Positions 28,582 through 39,357 are shown, counted from the first letter of the stretch. The stretch is 64,000 nucleotides of DNA from Minisyncoccota bacterium (GCA_041661305.1 JBAZUR010000001.1:234101-298100); one strand, 5' to 3'. Notes: generated from the sequence alone by a model not told the origin. Numbers and translations: made by a program.

Positions 28582-29037
28582 TTGACCAAACTTGACTTTA
28601 AGATACTGGCAATACTAACCACCATCGCTCTGTTTATTGGTGCGATGATTGCAACCGCCACCGAAAGCAAAACGCTTTTGTTTCTGGTAATAACCGCTTT
28701 CGTCACCTTTTGGGTAGGCGTAGCGTGGGCGTCTTTTCTGACCGAGCGTGGAATGCGGGAAAAATTCAGCCACCCACTCCCGCTCATCGACGAAGACGGG
28801 AACCTTCATCTTTTCATGAAGGTCGGGGGCTACTACAAAGTTCTCGCGTGTCTGAACTCTCACCGTGAAGCCGGAGAACATCTGTACGTACTTCGTGCAA
28901 CAAGTGGCGGTGAGGACGGCAAGGTTTTACTCGCATGGGCAGAAGAACGTCTCAATCTACCAACCAATTTCCAGGTCGTCAAAATGACCGAACAGCGTGG
29001 GGAGAGAATACGGATAACGTCCTTCGTCTTCGAGTAA
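28582..29037 (+). CDS. Orphan 151-aa protein with 2 N-terminal TMs (SD-led cassette)
   Basis: TTGACA-17-TAAAGT; leader GTTCTGTCACAAAACTGAATAAGGAG; terminator ATCGCCCGC-TATAT-GCGGGCGAT-T. Confidence 0.7.
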   Translation: MTKLDFKILAILTTIALFIGAMIATATESKTLLFLVITAFVTFWVGVAWASFLTERGMREKFSHPLPLIDEDGNLHLFMKVGGYYKVLACLNSHREAGEHLYVLRATSGGEDGKVLLAWAEERLNLPTNFQVVKMTEQRGERIRITSFVFE

Positions 29038-29084
29038 GTTCCGCCAGTTTTTCAATCGCCCGCTATATGCGGGCGATTTTTCAT

Positions 29085-30188
29085 TTACCCAATCAATCTT
29101 GCAATATCGTGATACGTCACAACGAGCATCAAAATAATCAAAATTGCAAAACCGATAAGATTAACAGTATTGGCTACTATCGGTTTTATTGGCGAACCCT
29201 TAATCCATTCGATAATCACAAAAAAGAATCGTCCGCCGTCTAACGCTGGAAATGGAAGAAGGTTCAAGATTGCAAGGTTAACAGAAATCAAAGCGGTAAA
29301 AGAAAGCAAGTAAGCAAAACCAAACTTACTTGCCTCCCCTACCATCCCAACAATTCCAACCGGACCAGTGAGTGACGATATTTCAGATTTACCATTAAAC
29401 ATTCCACCAACCAAATCCCCGAGCGATGCGATAGTAAGATACGAAAGTGAACCTGTCGTCTTGAGCCCTTGCCAAATAGCTTCAGTTGGCGAGAGTTTTA
29501 TAATTCCAATTTCATCAATAACAACACCAACAGCATAAGTGCCACCAGGAACACTAGCAGGAGTAACAGAAATGTCGTTTGTCACACCGGCACGAGAAAA
29601 ACTAATATCAATAGACTCGCCCTTATGCTCCTGAACAAACTTTCTAAAATTATCTGGTTTTAATTGTGCTAATTTTTCCGCCTCAACTTCAACAGATAAG
29701 ATTTGATCCCCTGCTTCCAGCCCTGCCACATTCGCAGGAGAACCTTTTGAAACATCGAGCACCACCAATTTTGTATCACGTAAGCCTTCGGCAAATACTG
29801 ACTGGGCGGATGTTGGCAACCCAACCATATAGCTTGTGGAAAAAAGTACCCACGCCAAAAGGGCGTTAAAAAATATACCGGCAAGCAAAACTCCGCTTTG
29901 AACCCACTTTGGCTGAGCACCAAAACTTCGTGACAAGTCCTCCTTACTTTCTTTCACCTCGTCTTCAAATTCTGCCGGATTCTCACCAAAAATTTTAACG
30001 AAACCTCCAAACGGCAAAAGATTTAGGCTGTATTGTGTTTCTCCTCTCTTCCACGAAAAAATCTTTGGAGGAAAACCAATAGCAAATTCATCAACGCGAA
30101 TTTTTGCCCATTTTGCTGTTATAAAATGCCCAAACTCATGCACCAAAATGAGGACGAAAAGAATTATAAGAAAAAGAATAATTGACAT
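29085..30188 (-). CDS. rseP: RIP metalloprotease RseP (M50, PDZ)
   Basis: HEFGH, NLLPFGGFV, NLLPFPALDGG. Confidence 0.93.
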   Translation of the reverse strand: MSIILFLIILFVLILVHEFGHFITAKWAKIRVDEFAIGFPPKIFSWKRGETQYSLNLLPFGGFVKIFGENPAEFEDEVKESKEDLSRSFGAQPKWVQSGVLLAGIFFNALLAWVLFSTSYMVGLPTSAQSVFAEGLRDTKLVVLDVSKGSPANVAGLEAGDQILSVEVEAEKLAQLKPDNFRKFVQEHKGESIDISFSRAGVTNDISVTPASVPGGTYAVGVVIDEIGIIKLSPTEAIWQGLKTTGSLSYLTIASLGDLVGGMFNGKSEISSLTGPVGIVGMVGEASKFGFAYLLSFTALISVNLAILNLLPFPALDGGRFFFVIIEWIKGSPIKPIVANTVNLIGFAILIILMLVVTYHDIARLIG

Positions 30189-30191
30189 GTA

Positions 30192-30743
30192 TTAACTTAA
30201 GATATCTTTCTCTTTGCGTTGTGTAAATTCTTCAAGTCTAGAATTAGCCTCATCTACAAACTTTTGAAGCTCATCTTTGTATCTAAATTTTTCATCCTCT
30301 GTTATTAAGCCGTCACGTTCTTGAGCTTGAATATCGGACCAAACTTTCTCTCTTTCTGTTCGCACAGAAATACGAGCTTCTTCTAGTTTGCTCTTTGATA
30401 ATTTTATTAACATCTCGCGACGCTCAGAAGAAAGTTGAGGGAAAGAAACCCTAAGACCTTCGTCGTCTGTTGAAACAGAGAGTCCAAGATTTGCCGAGGA
30501 GATAGCACGTTCTATTTCTTTAACATGAGCTTTGTCCCATGGCGCAATACGTAAAGTACGTGGGTCTTCAATCGAAACTGTTGCCAAGTGAACTATCGGG
30601 GTACGAGCGCCATAAGCCTCAACCAAGACACCGTCTAAAATAGCTGGGGCTGCTCGACCAGTATGAAGCGAAGTAAATTCGTGGAGTAACCACTCGTCTA
30701 CTTTCTTAAGTTCATCTTTAAATTGCTGAAAACTGTAAGCCAT
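30192..30743 (-). CDS. frr: Ribosome recycling factor
   Basis: TGRA.P, IAPWD, SSERR, ARISVR. Confidence 0.95.
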   Translation of the reverse strand: MAYSFQQFKDELKKVDEWLLHEFTSLHTGRAAPAILDGVLVEAYGARTPIVHLATVSIEDPRTLRIAPWDKAHVKEIERAISSANLGLSVSTDDEGLRVSFPQLSSERREMLIKLSKSKLEEARISVRTEREKVWSDIQAQERDGLITEDEKFRYKDELQKFVDEANSRLEEFTQRKEKDILS

Positions 30744-30792
30744 ATTGATGTGTAGTATATGGTATTTTTTAATGAATTCAAACTTTTAAGCG

Positions 30793-31482
30793 CTAGAGCG
30801 TAATTGCCAAATATTCCACAATCATTTTTATTGATGGCGAGCGGTCTCGCAAATAACCGCGGAATTTTATTACCGTCTCAAGGGTTGCCACTTCTTCTGG
30901 TGTTGTCTTTCCATTAATTTTTTTACTTAAAACCTCTTGAAGTGCGTCCATAAAAAGAGAAGTGCGCTCTCGGTCTTTGTCTGCTATAAGTTTTTTTATG
31001 AACGGCATTTGGAGCCTCTCTGTTGGTTCCTTCTTTAAAAACTCATTGGCAATCTCCTGTATTTCACCCGCCTCGTCTAATGTTTCCCCTCCCAAAACCA
31101 CAACCATTCGTGAACGTAGCGTTGGAAGTATTGCCCGCGCATCTTTAAGAACAATAAAAAAATGAGTTCCTGCTGTTGGTTCTTCAAAAACTTTAAGGAG
31201 AGAATTTTGAGCCTCACGAGTAAAGCTCAAAGCCGAAACTACAAAAATTTTATAATCACCGCCAAGTGATTTTTCGGACTGCTTGCGCTTAAGTTCTCGC
31301 CCTTCGTCTATTCCAAGCGTTTCGTAATGAGCAATAAAAAAATCAGGATTAGCCTGACTTACAAGTCCAAAGGCTTTTTCAATTTCTGAAACAAGTTCTG
31401 GCACCAAGGTGGTTTCTCCCTCAATCAAATAAGCGTGGTGTAAGTTACCACTACCTTTATATGTCTCAAAAATTGTTTTCAT
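30793..31482 (-). CDS. holB: DNA polymerase III delta' subunit-like (short)
   Basis: HHAYLIEG, NPDF, AQNSLLKVFEEP, ILPTLRSR. Confidence 0.8.
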   Translation of the reverse strand: MKTIFETYKGSGNLHHAYLIEGETTLVPELVSEIEKAFGLVSQANPDFFIAHYETLGIDEGRELKRKQSEKSLGGDYKIFVVSALSFTREAQNSLLKVFEEPTAGTHFFIVLKDARAILPTLRSRMVVVLGGETLDEAGEIQEIANEFLKKEPTERLQMPFIKKLIADKDRERTSLFMDALQEVLSKKINGKTTPEEVATLETVIKFRGYLRDRSPSIKMIVEYLAITL

Positions 31483-31512
31483 TTTAATTTACAAGATTAA
31501 GCCTTGTAAAAA

Positions 31513-32526
31513 CTATCGCTTCGCGATTATCGACTTTTTGTAAACATCGAGGTGCTCAAGTGCGATTCCAGTCCCCTTCGCCACACAATACAATGGGTCC
31601 TCGGCCATAGTCGCCTTAACTCCAGTGCGACGAAAAACAAGTTCTGGAAAATTACGAAGCATAGAGGTTCCTCCGGTCATGATTATTCCATTATCTATAA
31701 TATCCGCCGAGAGCTCTGGTGGAGTATCCTGAAGAACGTCTTTAATCGCTTTTATCATCTGTCTTAGTTCTTTATCTATCGCCTTAACGATTTCATTTGT
31801 TGAAATTTGTGCAGTACGTGGAAGTCCTGCGATGAAATCGCGACCTTTGATGGTCATCGTCAATTCTTCGTCCATTGGCGTTGCCGAACCAATCTGAATT
31901 TTTATATCTTCTGCTGTCTTGTCTCCGATAGCCAAGTTAAAAGTTTTTTTAATGTAATCCGTAATTGCAGCATCAATACGATTGCCTGCGCACTTCACAG
32001 AGTTTGATGCAACAATCCCACCGAGCGAAATAACAGCAACGTCTGTCGTACCACCACCAATATCAACAACCATATGCCCTCGAGGTTCATGAATTGGAAT
32101 ACCTGCGCCGATTGCCGCCAAAATTGGTTCCTTCACAACATAGGCGTTTTTTGCCCCAGCTTTAATTGCAGCCTCCACGACAGCACGACGTTCTGTTGAC
32201 GTTACCCCCGCAGGAACAGAAACCATCACCTCTGGTTTAAAAATACTAAACTTCCCCATCGCCTTACCAATATAATAACGAAGCATCGCTTCGGTCACGC
32301 GATAATCAGCAATCACACCATCTCTCATTGGTCGATAAGCAATAATGCTATCTGGAGTTTTACCAATCATATCTTTTGCTTCAATACCAACAGCCAAAAT
32401 TTTGTTTTCTTGTTCAGAAACAGCAACAACTGAAGGTTCGTTTAAAACAACTCCCTTTCCAGGAAGGTACACGAGGGTATTTGCTGTCCCTAAATCTATT
32501 CCAAGTTTTTTTGTAAAAAATGACAT
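31513..32526 (-). CDS. mreB: Second MreB/Mbl paralogue
   Basis: GIDLGTANT, DIGGGTTD, TPPELSADI. Confidence 0.92.
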   Translation of the reverse strand: MSFFTKKLGIDLGTANTLVYLPGKGVVLNEPSVVAVSEQENKILAVGIEAKDMIGKTPDSIIAYRPMRDGVIADYRVTEAMLRYYIGKAMGKFSIFKPEVMVSVPAGVTSTERRAVVEAAIKAGAKNAYVVKEPILAAIGAGIPIHEPRGHMVVDIGGGTTDVAVISLGGIVASNSVKCAGNRIDAAITDYIKKTFNLAIGDKTAEDIKIQIGSATPMDEELTMTIKGRDFIAGLPRTAQISTNEIVKAIDKELRQMIKAIKDVLQDTPPELSADIIDNGIIMTGGTSMLRNFPELVFRRTGVKATMAEDPLYCVAKGTGIALEHLDVYKKSIIAKR

Positions 32527-32538
32527 TTATTTCGTGTG

Positions 32539-33864
32539 TTAAGCCACCACCGAGTCCGCGACCGGCATCCTTTCAATTGAAACGCCGATTGCTCTTAGGC
32601 GCTCCTCAACTCTCTCATACCCTCTATCAATGTTATAGACATTATGGATAACAGATTCACCTTTGGCAACAATACCCGCAATAACAAAGGCTAGCCCCGC
32701 TCGAAGGTCTGGGCTTTCAAGCTCCTTAGAATTAAGGGGTGTTGGTCCAGAAATTTTTACACGATGAGGATCAAACATTGTTATTTCTGCCCCCATTCTG
32801 TTTAACCATTCAACATAATTTAAACGTCCCTCAAAAATTGTCTCGAAAACCAAACTGTCACCTTTTGCTTGTGTAAGAAAAACCACCATTGGCGCTTGGA
32901 TGTCAGTTGGGAATCCTGGGTATTCGTGTGTCTTTATATCAACAGCGTTGAGTTGAACTTTTTTCTTTCCAGAAACTTTTACCGTAATAGTATTTGTGCC
33001 GACCTTAATCGGAACTCCAGAATACGTAAGTACTTCAATCAAAGATTCTAAATGTTTTGGTTCGCAGTCTGTGATAGTGACATCCTCTCCGAGTAGCGCC
33101 GCGATAACAAGAAAACTACCAGCTTCAATTCTGTCAGGTGTCGTAATGTAAGCCTTACCTTTACTCTTTAATTTTGAAGTTCCAGTAATTGTGATTGTTG
33201 ATGTTCCTGCGCCAATAATCTTTGCCCCACAACTATTCAAATATTCCGCTAATGTCTCAATTTCAGGCTCAAGAGCAGCATTTTTAATGACTGTTTTACC
33301 CTCGGCTAAAACCGCTGCCATCATAAACGTTTCTGTTCCTGTAACGCTTTGGTTCCTGAAAAATATTTCTGCCCCCCGAAGTTTTCCGCCACGAGCAGAG
33401 ATGACGTAATAAGCTTTCCCTTTTTCCCCAGACACAGAAATCTTTGCCCCCATTTTTTTGAAACCTTCCAAGAATAAATCAATCGGTCGCGCACCAATAA
33501 CACATCCACCTGGATGTGGAAAATGGACTGTCCCAAAACGTGCAAGTAGTGGACCAGTAAGGACAATAGAAGCACGCAAGCGCTTGGCGATCTCAACTGA
33601 CATTTTCCCGTTACGCATTCCTGTAGTAGAAATTTCCAAGACCCCTTTATTCTTATACTGCACATCAGCTCCTAAGTCGGTGAGTAAATCCCCCATTCGA
33701 TTAACATCTTCAATCTCAGGAACATTCTTCATTGTGAGCTTGTCGTCAAAAAGAATAGAAGCAGCCATAACCTTTAGGGCTGCATTTTTTGCGCCACGTA
33801 CGGCAATTTTTCCACGCAATTTTCGCATGCCTGCCAACCCTTTGATTAGAAAAATCTCTTTCAT
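32539..33864 (-). CDS. murA: UDP-GlcNAc 1-carboxyvinyltransferase
   Basis: GAKNAAL, PGGCVIGARP, YPGFPTD, DLRAG, IDRGYE. Confidence 0.96.
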   Translation of the reverse strand: MKEIFLIKGLAGMRKLRGKIAVRGAKNAALKVMAASILFDDKLTMKNVPEIEDVNRMGDLLTDLGADVQYKNKGVLEISTTGMRNGKMSVEIAKRLRASIVLTGPLLARFGTVHFPHPGGCVIGARPIDLFLEGFKKMGAKISVSGEKGKAYYVISARGGKLRGAEIFFRNQSVTGTETFMMAAVLAEGKTVIKNAALEPEIETLAEYLNSCGAKIIGAGTSTITITGTSKLKSKGKAYITTPDRIEAGSFLVIAALLGEDVTITDCEPKHLESLIEVLTYSGVPIKVGTNTITVKVSGKKKVQLNAVDIKTHEYPGFPTDIQAPMVVFLTQAKGDSLVFETIFEGRLNYVEWLNRMGAEITMFDPHRVKISGPTPLNSKELESPDLRAGLAFVIAGIVAKGESVIHNVYNIDRGYERVEERLRAIGVSIERMPVADSVVA

Positions 33865-33948
33865 TGCACCATCTTACTTGGTTTTTAGTGCATCTCCAAA
33901 TTCTACTTAAAAACTAGTTTGTGGAGCATTTTTGCTATACTGGAATTT

Positions 33949-35865
33949 ATGCAGATTAGCCTCGTGACCGTTATGCCAATCGGAAAAAGCGTCTTCAAAG
34001 AACGCTTGTCTTATTTTTCGGTTGAAAACTTACCACTTGGCTCGGTTGTTAATGTCCCCCTCCGAGGACGAAGTATTCCTGCACTCGTTGTTTTGGTTGA
34101 AAGTGCAGAGGATAGTAAGGCAAAAATACGAGCTGCTTCCTTTGCAATAAAGAAAATAGAAAACGGAAAACCACGTCAACTTTTCTCGTCTGCCTTTATC
34201 GCCGCGGCCGACGAAGCGGCAGAATATTTCGCGGCACCAGCTGGCGCAATCATTGAACTATTTTCACCAAAAGCAATTCTTGAAGAAAGCGCCACCGCCG
34301 GAGAAGTAATTTCTGTTCCAAGAAAAGAACGCCCAATAACAGCAGAACAATTTGTTTTTCAGTCTGACGAGGAAGAACGACTCGTTACTTATCGTAGTTT
34401 ATTTAGAGAAGAGTTCGCCCGAGGGTTTTCCCTTTTTCTTTGCCTTCCAACCATAGAAGACGTAGAACGTTATACAACTCTCTTAGCCAAAGGCATTGAA
34501 GGATATGTCGTCACCCTACACAGCGAACTCTCAAAAAAAGAAATGGTTAGTCGTTGGCAAAGAATTGCTTCCGATACTCATCCACTTTTAATAATTGGAA
34601 CTAGTACATTCCTATCAGTTCCTCGAAATGACATTTCGACGTTTATCGTCGAGAAAGAATCGAGCAATGCTTATCGTCGTATGGGGCGTCCACACGTTGA
34701 CGCCCGCACGTTTGCCGAATTTTTGGCTAAAAAAAGTGGGGCTAGACTTATTTTTGGAGACACAATTCTTCGCGCCGAAACCCTCTACCGCCATGATGAG
34801 CACGAGTTCCCAGAATGGCGCCCCGTAAAATTACGCCTTCGCGCGCAAGCTGAAACAGTTGTTATTGATATGAAAAAAGAGCTTGAAAAGGCGTCTCCCA
34901 AAAAAACATACCCAATAATAAGTGAGCGCCTTGTTAACGAAATAAGGGAAACGATAGAACGTAACGGAAATATTTTCGTTTTTGCTGGACGACGTGGACT
35001 TGCTCCAGTAACCGTCTGCGAAGACTGCGGGGAAACTCTTATGTGTGGGCACTGCACAAGTCCTATGGTTCTTCACGAAGAAGGATCTCTCCGTTTTTAT
35101 CTTTGTCATCAATGTGGAAAGAAAATAATTTTAGGAAAACAAACCGAAGACTTGTGTCGCAATTGCGGAAGCTGGCGAATGAAACCACTTGGTACCGGAA
35201 GTGGTCGTATTGAAAGCGAACTTGAAAAAAAGTTTCCACGCTTAAACATTGTTCGCCTCGATAGCGATGTCGCTAAAACCCGAAAATCAATCACTAAGGC
35301 TATTAAAGAATTCTACGGCTCGAAAGCAACTCTGCTTATCGGAACAGAACTTGCCCTTCCGTACCTCACAGAAGAAATTGACTGTGTTGCGGCCGTCGGT
35401 ATTGATTCTCTTTTTACAATTCCAGATTTTCGAATAGAAGAACGGGTATTCCAAACACTCTCATACTTAAAAACACGAGCACGAAGAATATTTATTATTC
35501 AAACAAGGGACAAAGACAGAGAACTATTAAGCGATGTTTCAAAAGGAGACCTAGTGGGCTTCTACAGACGTGAACTTGCTGAAAGAAAACAATTTGGCTA
35601 TCCGCCTTTCGCTAAGCTTCTCAAAATCACCTACCGTGGAAAACGCGACGAGGCCGAGCGCGAAATGGCGCGACTTCACAACTATCTTCGAGTTGATCAA
35701 TTCCCAATTTTCCCCGCTTTTATACCAGAAGTTAAAAAGGAGTACCGCCTACATGGCCTACTTTCTTTCGAACCAAAACAGTGGCCCCGCAAAGATCTTA
35801 TCGAAAAGCTAAAGAGTCTCCCACTTCAATTTGATATTGAAGTCGATCCTGAAACAATTTTATAA
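33949..35865 (+). CDS. priA: Primosomal protein N' with degenerate helicase motifs
   Basis: N-terminal V.VPLRGR, RRG + four CxxC, GTGSGRIE, QTR, YPPF; no Walker A or DExH. Confidence 0.85.
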   Translation: MQISLVTVMPIGKSVFKERLSYFSVENLPLGSVVNVPLRGRSIPALVVLVESAEDSKAKIRAASFAIKKIENGKPRQLFSSAFIAAADEAAEYFAAPAGAIIELFSPKAILEESATAGEVISVPRKERPITAEQFVFQSDEEERLVTYRSLFREEFARGFSLFLCLPTIEDVERYTTLLAKGIEGYVVTLHSELSKKEMVSRWQRIASDTHPLLIIGTSTFLSVPRNDISTFIVEKESSNAYRRMGRPHVDARTFAEFLAKKSGARLIFGDTILRAETLYRHDEHEFPEWRPVKLRLRAQAETVVIDMKKELEKASPKKTYPIISERLVNEIRETIERNGNIFVFAGRRGLAPVTVCEDCGETLMCGHCTSPMVLHEEGSLRFYLCHQCGKKIILGKQTEDLCRNCGSWRMKPLGTGSGRIESELEKKFPRLNIVRLDSDVAKTRKSITKAIKEFYGSKATLLIGTELALPYLTEEIDCVAAVGIDSLFTIPDFRIEERVFQTLSYLKTRARRIFIIQTRDKDRELLSDVSKGDLVGFYRRELAERKQFGYPPFAKLLKITYRGKRDEAEREMARLHNYLRVDQFPIFPAFIPEVKKEYRLHGLLSFEPKQWPRKDLIEKLKSLPLQFDIEVDPETIL

Positions 35866-35915
35866 AAAAATAAAGGGCCCATCTTGCGACGAGCCCTTTT
35901 GAGCACCACGTGTTG

Positions 35916-36404
35916 TCAAGCGGTACAGATAACACTCATTTCCACCATCCGCCCAAGCGGAATGTCGTCCGATGAACACTCGGAAACGGGGTCAATGATT
36001 TCGACGAAACCTCGGCCGTCGTCAGGGTCACCTTCGTAGCCGGTAATTTTGAACGACACCTGAACTCCGTTGTTCAAAGTGAATTCACAACTGTCGTTGA
36101 GTTCGCCGCGGATAAAGCTCGGAATCTTCAGCGCCATCTGTAAACCGCGAATTTCCTTTTCCGCGATAATCTTTGCCGTGTCGTTGGTGAACCGGAGGTA
36201 CCCCAACTCGTCGCCCCTACAGTGAAACGCGAGTTGTTGTATTCCGTTCCCAATGGGCGCGTCGTCGGGAAAACTTTCCCAATGTGACACCTCTCGTGCT
36301 CCGATATCGCACAGATCCAAAAAGGTCTCGGTCAAGAGGGCGTGTTGGGTCAGGAAAACGTAGAAAAACAGGTGGTTGTTTCGCGCAAGCGCGTTTTTGT
36401 CCAT
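35916..36404 (-). CDS. Orphan 162-aa protein (SD-led cassette)
   Basis: TTGACG-17-TAGCGT (TG extension); TAAGGAG-7-ATG; hairpin at 35872-35900. Confidence 0.7.
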   Translation of the reverse strand: MDKNALARNNHLFFYVFLTQHALLTETFLDLCDIGAREVSHWESFPDDAPIGNGIQQLAFHCRGDELGYLRFTNDTAKIIAEKEIRGLQMALKIPSFIRGELNDSCEFTLNNGVQVSFKITGYEGDPDDGRGFVEIIDPVSECSSDDIPLGRMVEMSVICTA

Positions 36405-36551
36405 GTGTACACTCCTTATATAGTGGACGGTTTTAAACTACAGGAGAACTTTAGGCTGTTGCCACGCTACCACCCATAATCAAATACGTCAACGATACGC
36501 AATTTACCAGCACTACGTAGTGTTTTCAAAAATCATACGTATAATTAACAA

Positions 36552-37112
36552 ATGCCTAAAAAGATAGTCCAAAACGGTGAGCCGGTCCTTCGTTCACTGG
36601 CTAAGGTCGTTCCACCCGCCGAAATTGACTCTAAAAAAATAAAGCGGGTAATAGCAGACATGAAAGTGGCTTTATCTAAGGAGCCTGACGGCGTTGCTAT
36701 AGCTGCCCCTCAAATTGGAGAATCCTTTCGTATTTTCGTCGTTGCTGGGCGCGTTTTTGCTCTTCGCACCAACGAAGAAGACCCCGAGAAAATTATGGAT
36801 CAAAAACTTTACCCCGATAAAGCCTTCATCAACCCACAAATAATTAAGCGTTCAAAAAAAGAGCGTGAGCTTCTAGAGGGATGTCTCTCTGTGCGTCACA
36901 TCTACGGCAAAATAAAGCGTAGCGAAAAAGCGACAGTGAAGGCACAGGATGAAGATGGAAAAGTTTTTACTCAAACAGGTAGTGGACTACTCGCCGAAAT
37001 ATTCCAACACGAAATTGACCATCTCGACGGAATTCTTTTTATAGACAAAGCAAAAGAACTAAGAGAGCTACATCCCGAAGACGAGGAGGGCTACAATGAA
37101 AACAATGAATAA
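36552..37112 (+). CDS. def: Peptide deformylase
   Basis: GVAIAAPQIG, EGCLS, QHEIDHLDG. Confidence 0.96.
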   Translation: MPKKIVQNGEPVLRSLAKVVPPAEIDSKKIKRVIADMKVALSKEPDGVAIAAPQIGESFRIFVVAGRVFALRTNEEDPEKIMDQKLYPDKAFINPQIIKRSKKERELLEGCLSVRHIYGKIKRSEKATVKAQDEDGKVFTQTGSGLLAEIFQHEIDHLDGILFIDKAKELRELHPEDEEGYNENNE

Positions 37113-37965
37113 TATTCCGTTTGTATTTTTTGGAACACCAGAATTTGCGGTGTCCATTTTAGAAGAACTCAAAAACGCCAAAATTGTGCCTTCTCTTATT
37201 GTCACGGCCCCCGACAAACCAAAAGGCCGTGGACTTATCCTCACCCCACCACCTGTAAAGATTTGGGCACAAGCGCACAACATCCCAGCTGTACAACCAG
37301 CAAAACTCGACAATGACTTTACTAATAAACTAAAAAATAGTTCCTACAATCTGTTCGTCGTTGCCGCTTATGGGAAAATAATTCCTAAAACAATTTTGGA
37401 TATTCCAACTAATGGAACACTCAACGTCCATCCATCACTCCTACCAAAATATAGAGGTGCCTCCCCTATTCAATCCCAAATACTTGCTGATGAAAAAGAA
37501 GTTGGGATCACAATCATGCTCATCGACGAAGAAATGGATCACGGCCCAATATTAGATATTAAAAAAATAGGAACTGAAGAAAGCACAACAGCTCCAGAAC
37601 TAGAAAATCTTTTAGCTCACGAGGGAGGGAAACTTCTTTCTGTTGTTATTCCAAAATGGATTGCAGGGGAAATAAAACCAAAGGAACAAAACCACAACGA
37701 AGCAACCTTCACAAAAAAAATAACAAAAGAAAATGGTTTAATTGTTTTGTCTGACGACCAACACAAAAATTATTTAAAATACAGAGCTTTAACACCGTGG
37801 CCGGGCGCTTATTTTTTTGCAACAAAAAATGGAAAAAAATTAAGGGTATCTATTAAAAAAGCTGAACTAATTGAAGGTAAACTAGTAGTAAAACAAGTTG
37901 TTCCAGAAGGTGGAAAAGTAATGAACTTTGATGATTTCTTGCGCGGAGACGTTGTGATAGAATAG
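37096..37965 (+). CDS. fmt: Methionyl-tRNA formyltransferase
   Basis: FFGTPEFA, PDKPKGRG, NVHPSLLPKYRGASP, MDHGP. Confidence 0.95.
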   Translation: MKTMNNIPFVFFGTPEFAVSILEELKNAKIVPSLIVTAPDKPKGRGLILTPPPVKIWAQAHNIPAVQPAKLDNDFTNKLKNSSYNLFVVAAYGKIIPKTILDIPTNGTLNVHPSLLPKYRGASPIQSQILADEKEVGITIMLIDEEMDHGPILDIKKIGTEESTTAPELENLLAHEGGKLLSVVIPKWIAGEIKPKEQNHNEATFTKKITKENGLIVLSDDQHKNYLKYRALTPWPGAYFFATKNGKKLRVSIKKAELIEGKLVVKQVVPEGGKVMNFDDFLRGDVVIE

Positions 37966-38012
37966 AAATTGGCAAGGCAGTTCCTATCAACAAAACAGCA
38001 GGAGATTAAAAA

Positions 38013-38603
38013 ATGAAAGCGACCGGAGCCGGGGTAAGACCGGGCCAAGGCAGTGCTCAAGCACCACTCGAGGTAGCGCCAACGCGGAAAGGACCGCGCC
38101 CGCCACAAATCGTTGTGGTCGCAAGAGTTCCAGGTGAGCTGAAGTCAGAAGGTGTCCGTATGGTTGGAGCCTACCAACCACTCCTTCTCGATAACGCAAA
38201 CCAAGAGCATGGTGGCGACGCATTTCGTCTTTTTTGTACAAGTGCTTCCTATAAGGTTGAGGACGAGGTCGAAATCTCGGGACAAGTCCGGATCCTCACC
38301 GCAAACGGAAGCAACGGCACCGCAGCTGAGATTATTGGGATCCAGATTTCTGGCTTCCTCAAGACGCTCGGCAAAGCAGTGGCCAAAATGCCGGGAAAGG
38401 AAACTGACCTAGCGACAAACGGCGAGCCACTACCTGTTCCCCGGGGGATTTTACCGGGAGAGTTGATTGCACTAATTCACGAAATGAACGCAGTCGTCGT
38501 CGGCAAAAAAGAATCCGAACTACTTTTGGCTCTTGCGAAAAGCGACCTGGGGAAAACCCGCCTGGACATACGGAAGGATGTCCTCGAATATCCCCCGCAA
38601 TAG
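38013..38603 (+). CDS. Orphan 196-aa protein (SD-led cassette)
   Basis: Leader GTTCCTATCAACAAAACAGCAGGAG; GC-rich codons; terminator AAGCCCGCG-TTCA-CGCGGGCTTTT. Confidence 0.65.
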   Translation: MKATGAGVRPGQGSAQAPLEVAPTRKGPRPPQIVVVARVPGELKSEGVRMVGAYQPLLLDNANQEHGGDAFRLFCTSASYKVEDEVEISGQVRILTANGSNGTAAEIIGIQISGFLKTLGKAVAKMPGKETDLATNGEPLPVPRGILPGELIALIHEMNAVVVGKKESELLLALAKSDLGKTRLDIRKDVLEYPPQ

Positions 38604-38669
38604 CCGGTTCCCTTCAAGGAAACCAGAAGCCCGCGTTCACGCGGGCTTTTCTAATGGGTCAGATTTTTA

Positions 38670-39347
38670 TTATCGAATTTCTATCGACTGAATAATCACT
38701 GGCTCAACTGGTCTATCGCTCGTCTCGGTCTTAACGCTTTCAATCTTTAGAGCTACTTCAATTCCAGAAGTAACGTGACCAAAGACAGCATAGCTAGGTG
38801 GAAGTGGTGCCTCTGGTTGCGCCGTCACGATAAAAAACTGACTACCGTTTGTATTTGGGCCGGCATTGGCCATTGCAACAGTCCCTGTTGGATATTTTTC
38901 TTGACCAGTAAGTTCATCGTTGAATTTGTAACCAGGGCCACCGGTTCCCCATCTTTCTTTAATACTATCGTCTTTAGAAAACGGATCTCCAGTCTGAATC
39001 ATAAACCCTTTAATAACGCGATGAAACTTAATTCCATCATAGAATTTTTCTAGTGCCAATTTTGTAAAATTTGCCACCGTGTTTGGTGCTTGGTAATCAA
39101 ACTCAAATGCTATTGAACCGTAGTTCGTGTTAATTATTGCCTGTGTTGCCTTAGTATTGTCCATATTATTTTCCGTAGAATTATTGATAACCTGGTTTGT
39201 GGAGCCCGGCACGGGAATTTGTGTTTCTGTGGTGTTTGTTTTTTCGCTAGAAACAGTACTCTTTATCGATCCATAATAAACAGCTGTGCCAATGCCAGCT
39301 ATTAAAACAAGCAAACCACCCCAAACAGCAAGAGTCTCTTTATCCAT
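38670..39347 (-). CDS. Membrane-anchored cyclophilin-type PPIase
   Basis: APNTVANF, FHRVIKGFMIQTGDP, AMANAGPNTNGSQFFI. Confidence 0.93.
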   Translation of the reverse strand: MDKETLAVWGGLLVLIAGIGTAVYYGSIKSTVSSEKTNTTETQIPVPGSTNQVINNSTENNMDNTKATQAIINTNYGSIAFEFDYQAPNTVANFTKLALEKFYDGIKFHRVIKGFMIQTGDPFSKDDSIKERWGTGGPGYKFNDELTGQEKYPTGTVAMANAGPNTNGSQFFIVTAQPEAPLPPSYAVFGHVTSGIEVALKIESVKTETSDRPVEPVIIQSIEIR

Positions 39348-39357
39348 ATTTAAATAA

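Noticed and set aside
26150-32526. Two mreB genes as a novelty
   Set aside because: MreB plus an Mbl-like paralogue near murA is a known arrangement, e.g. in Bacillus
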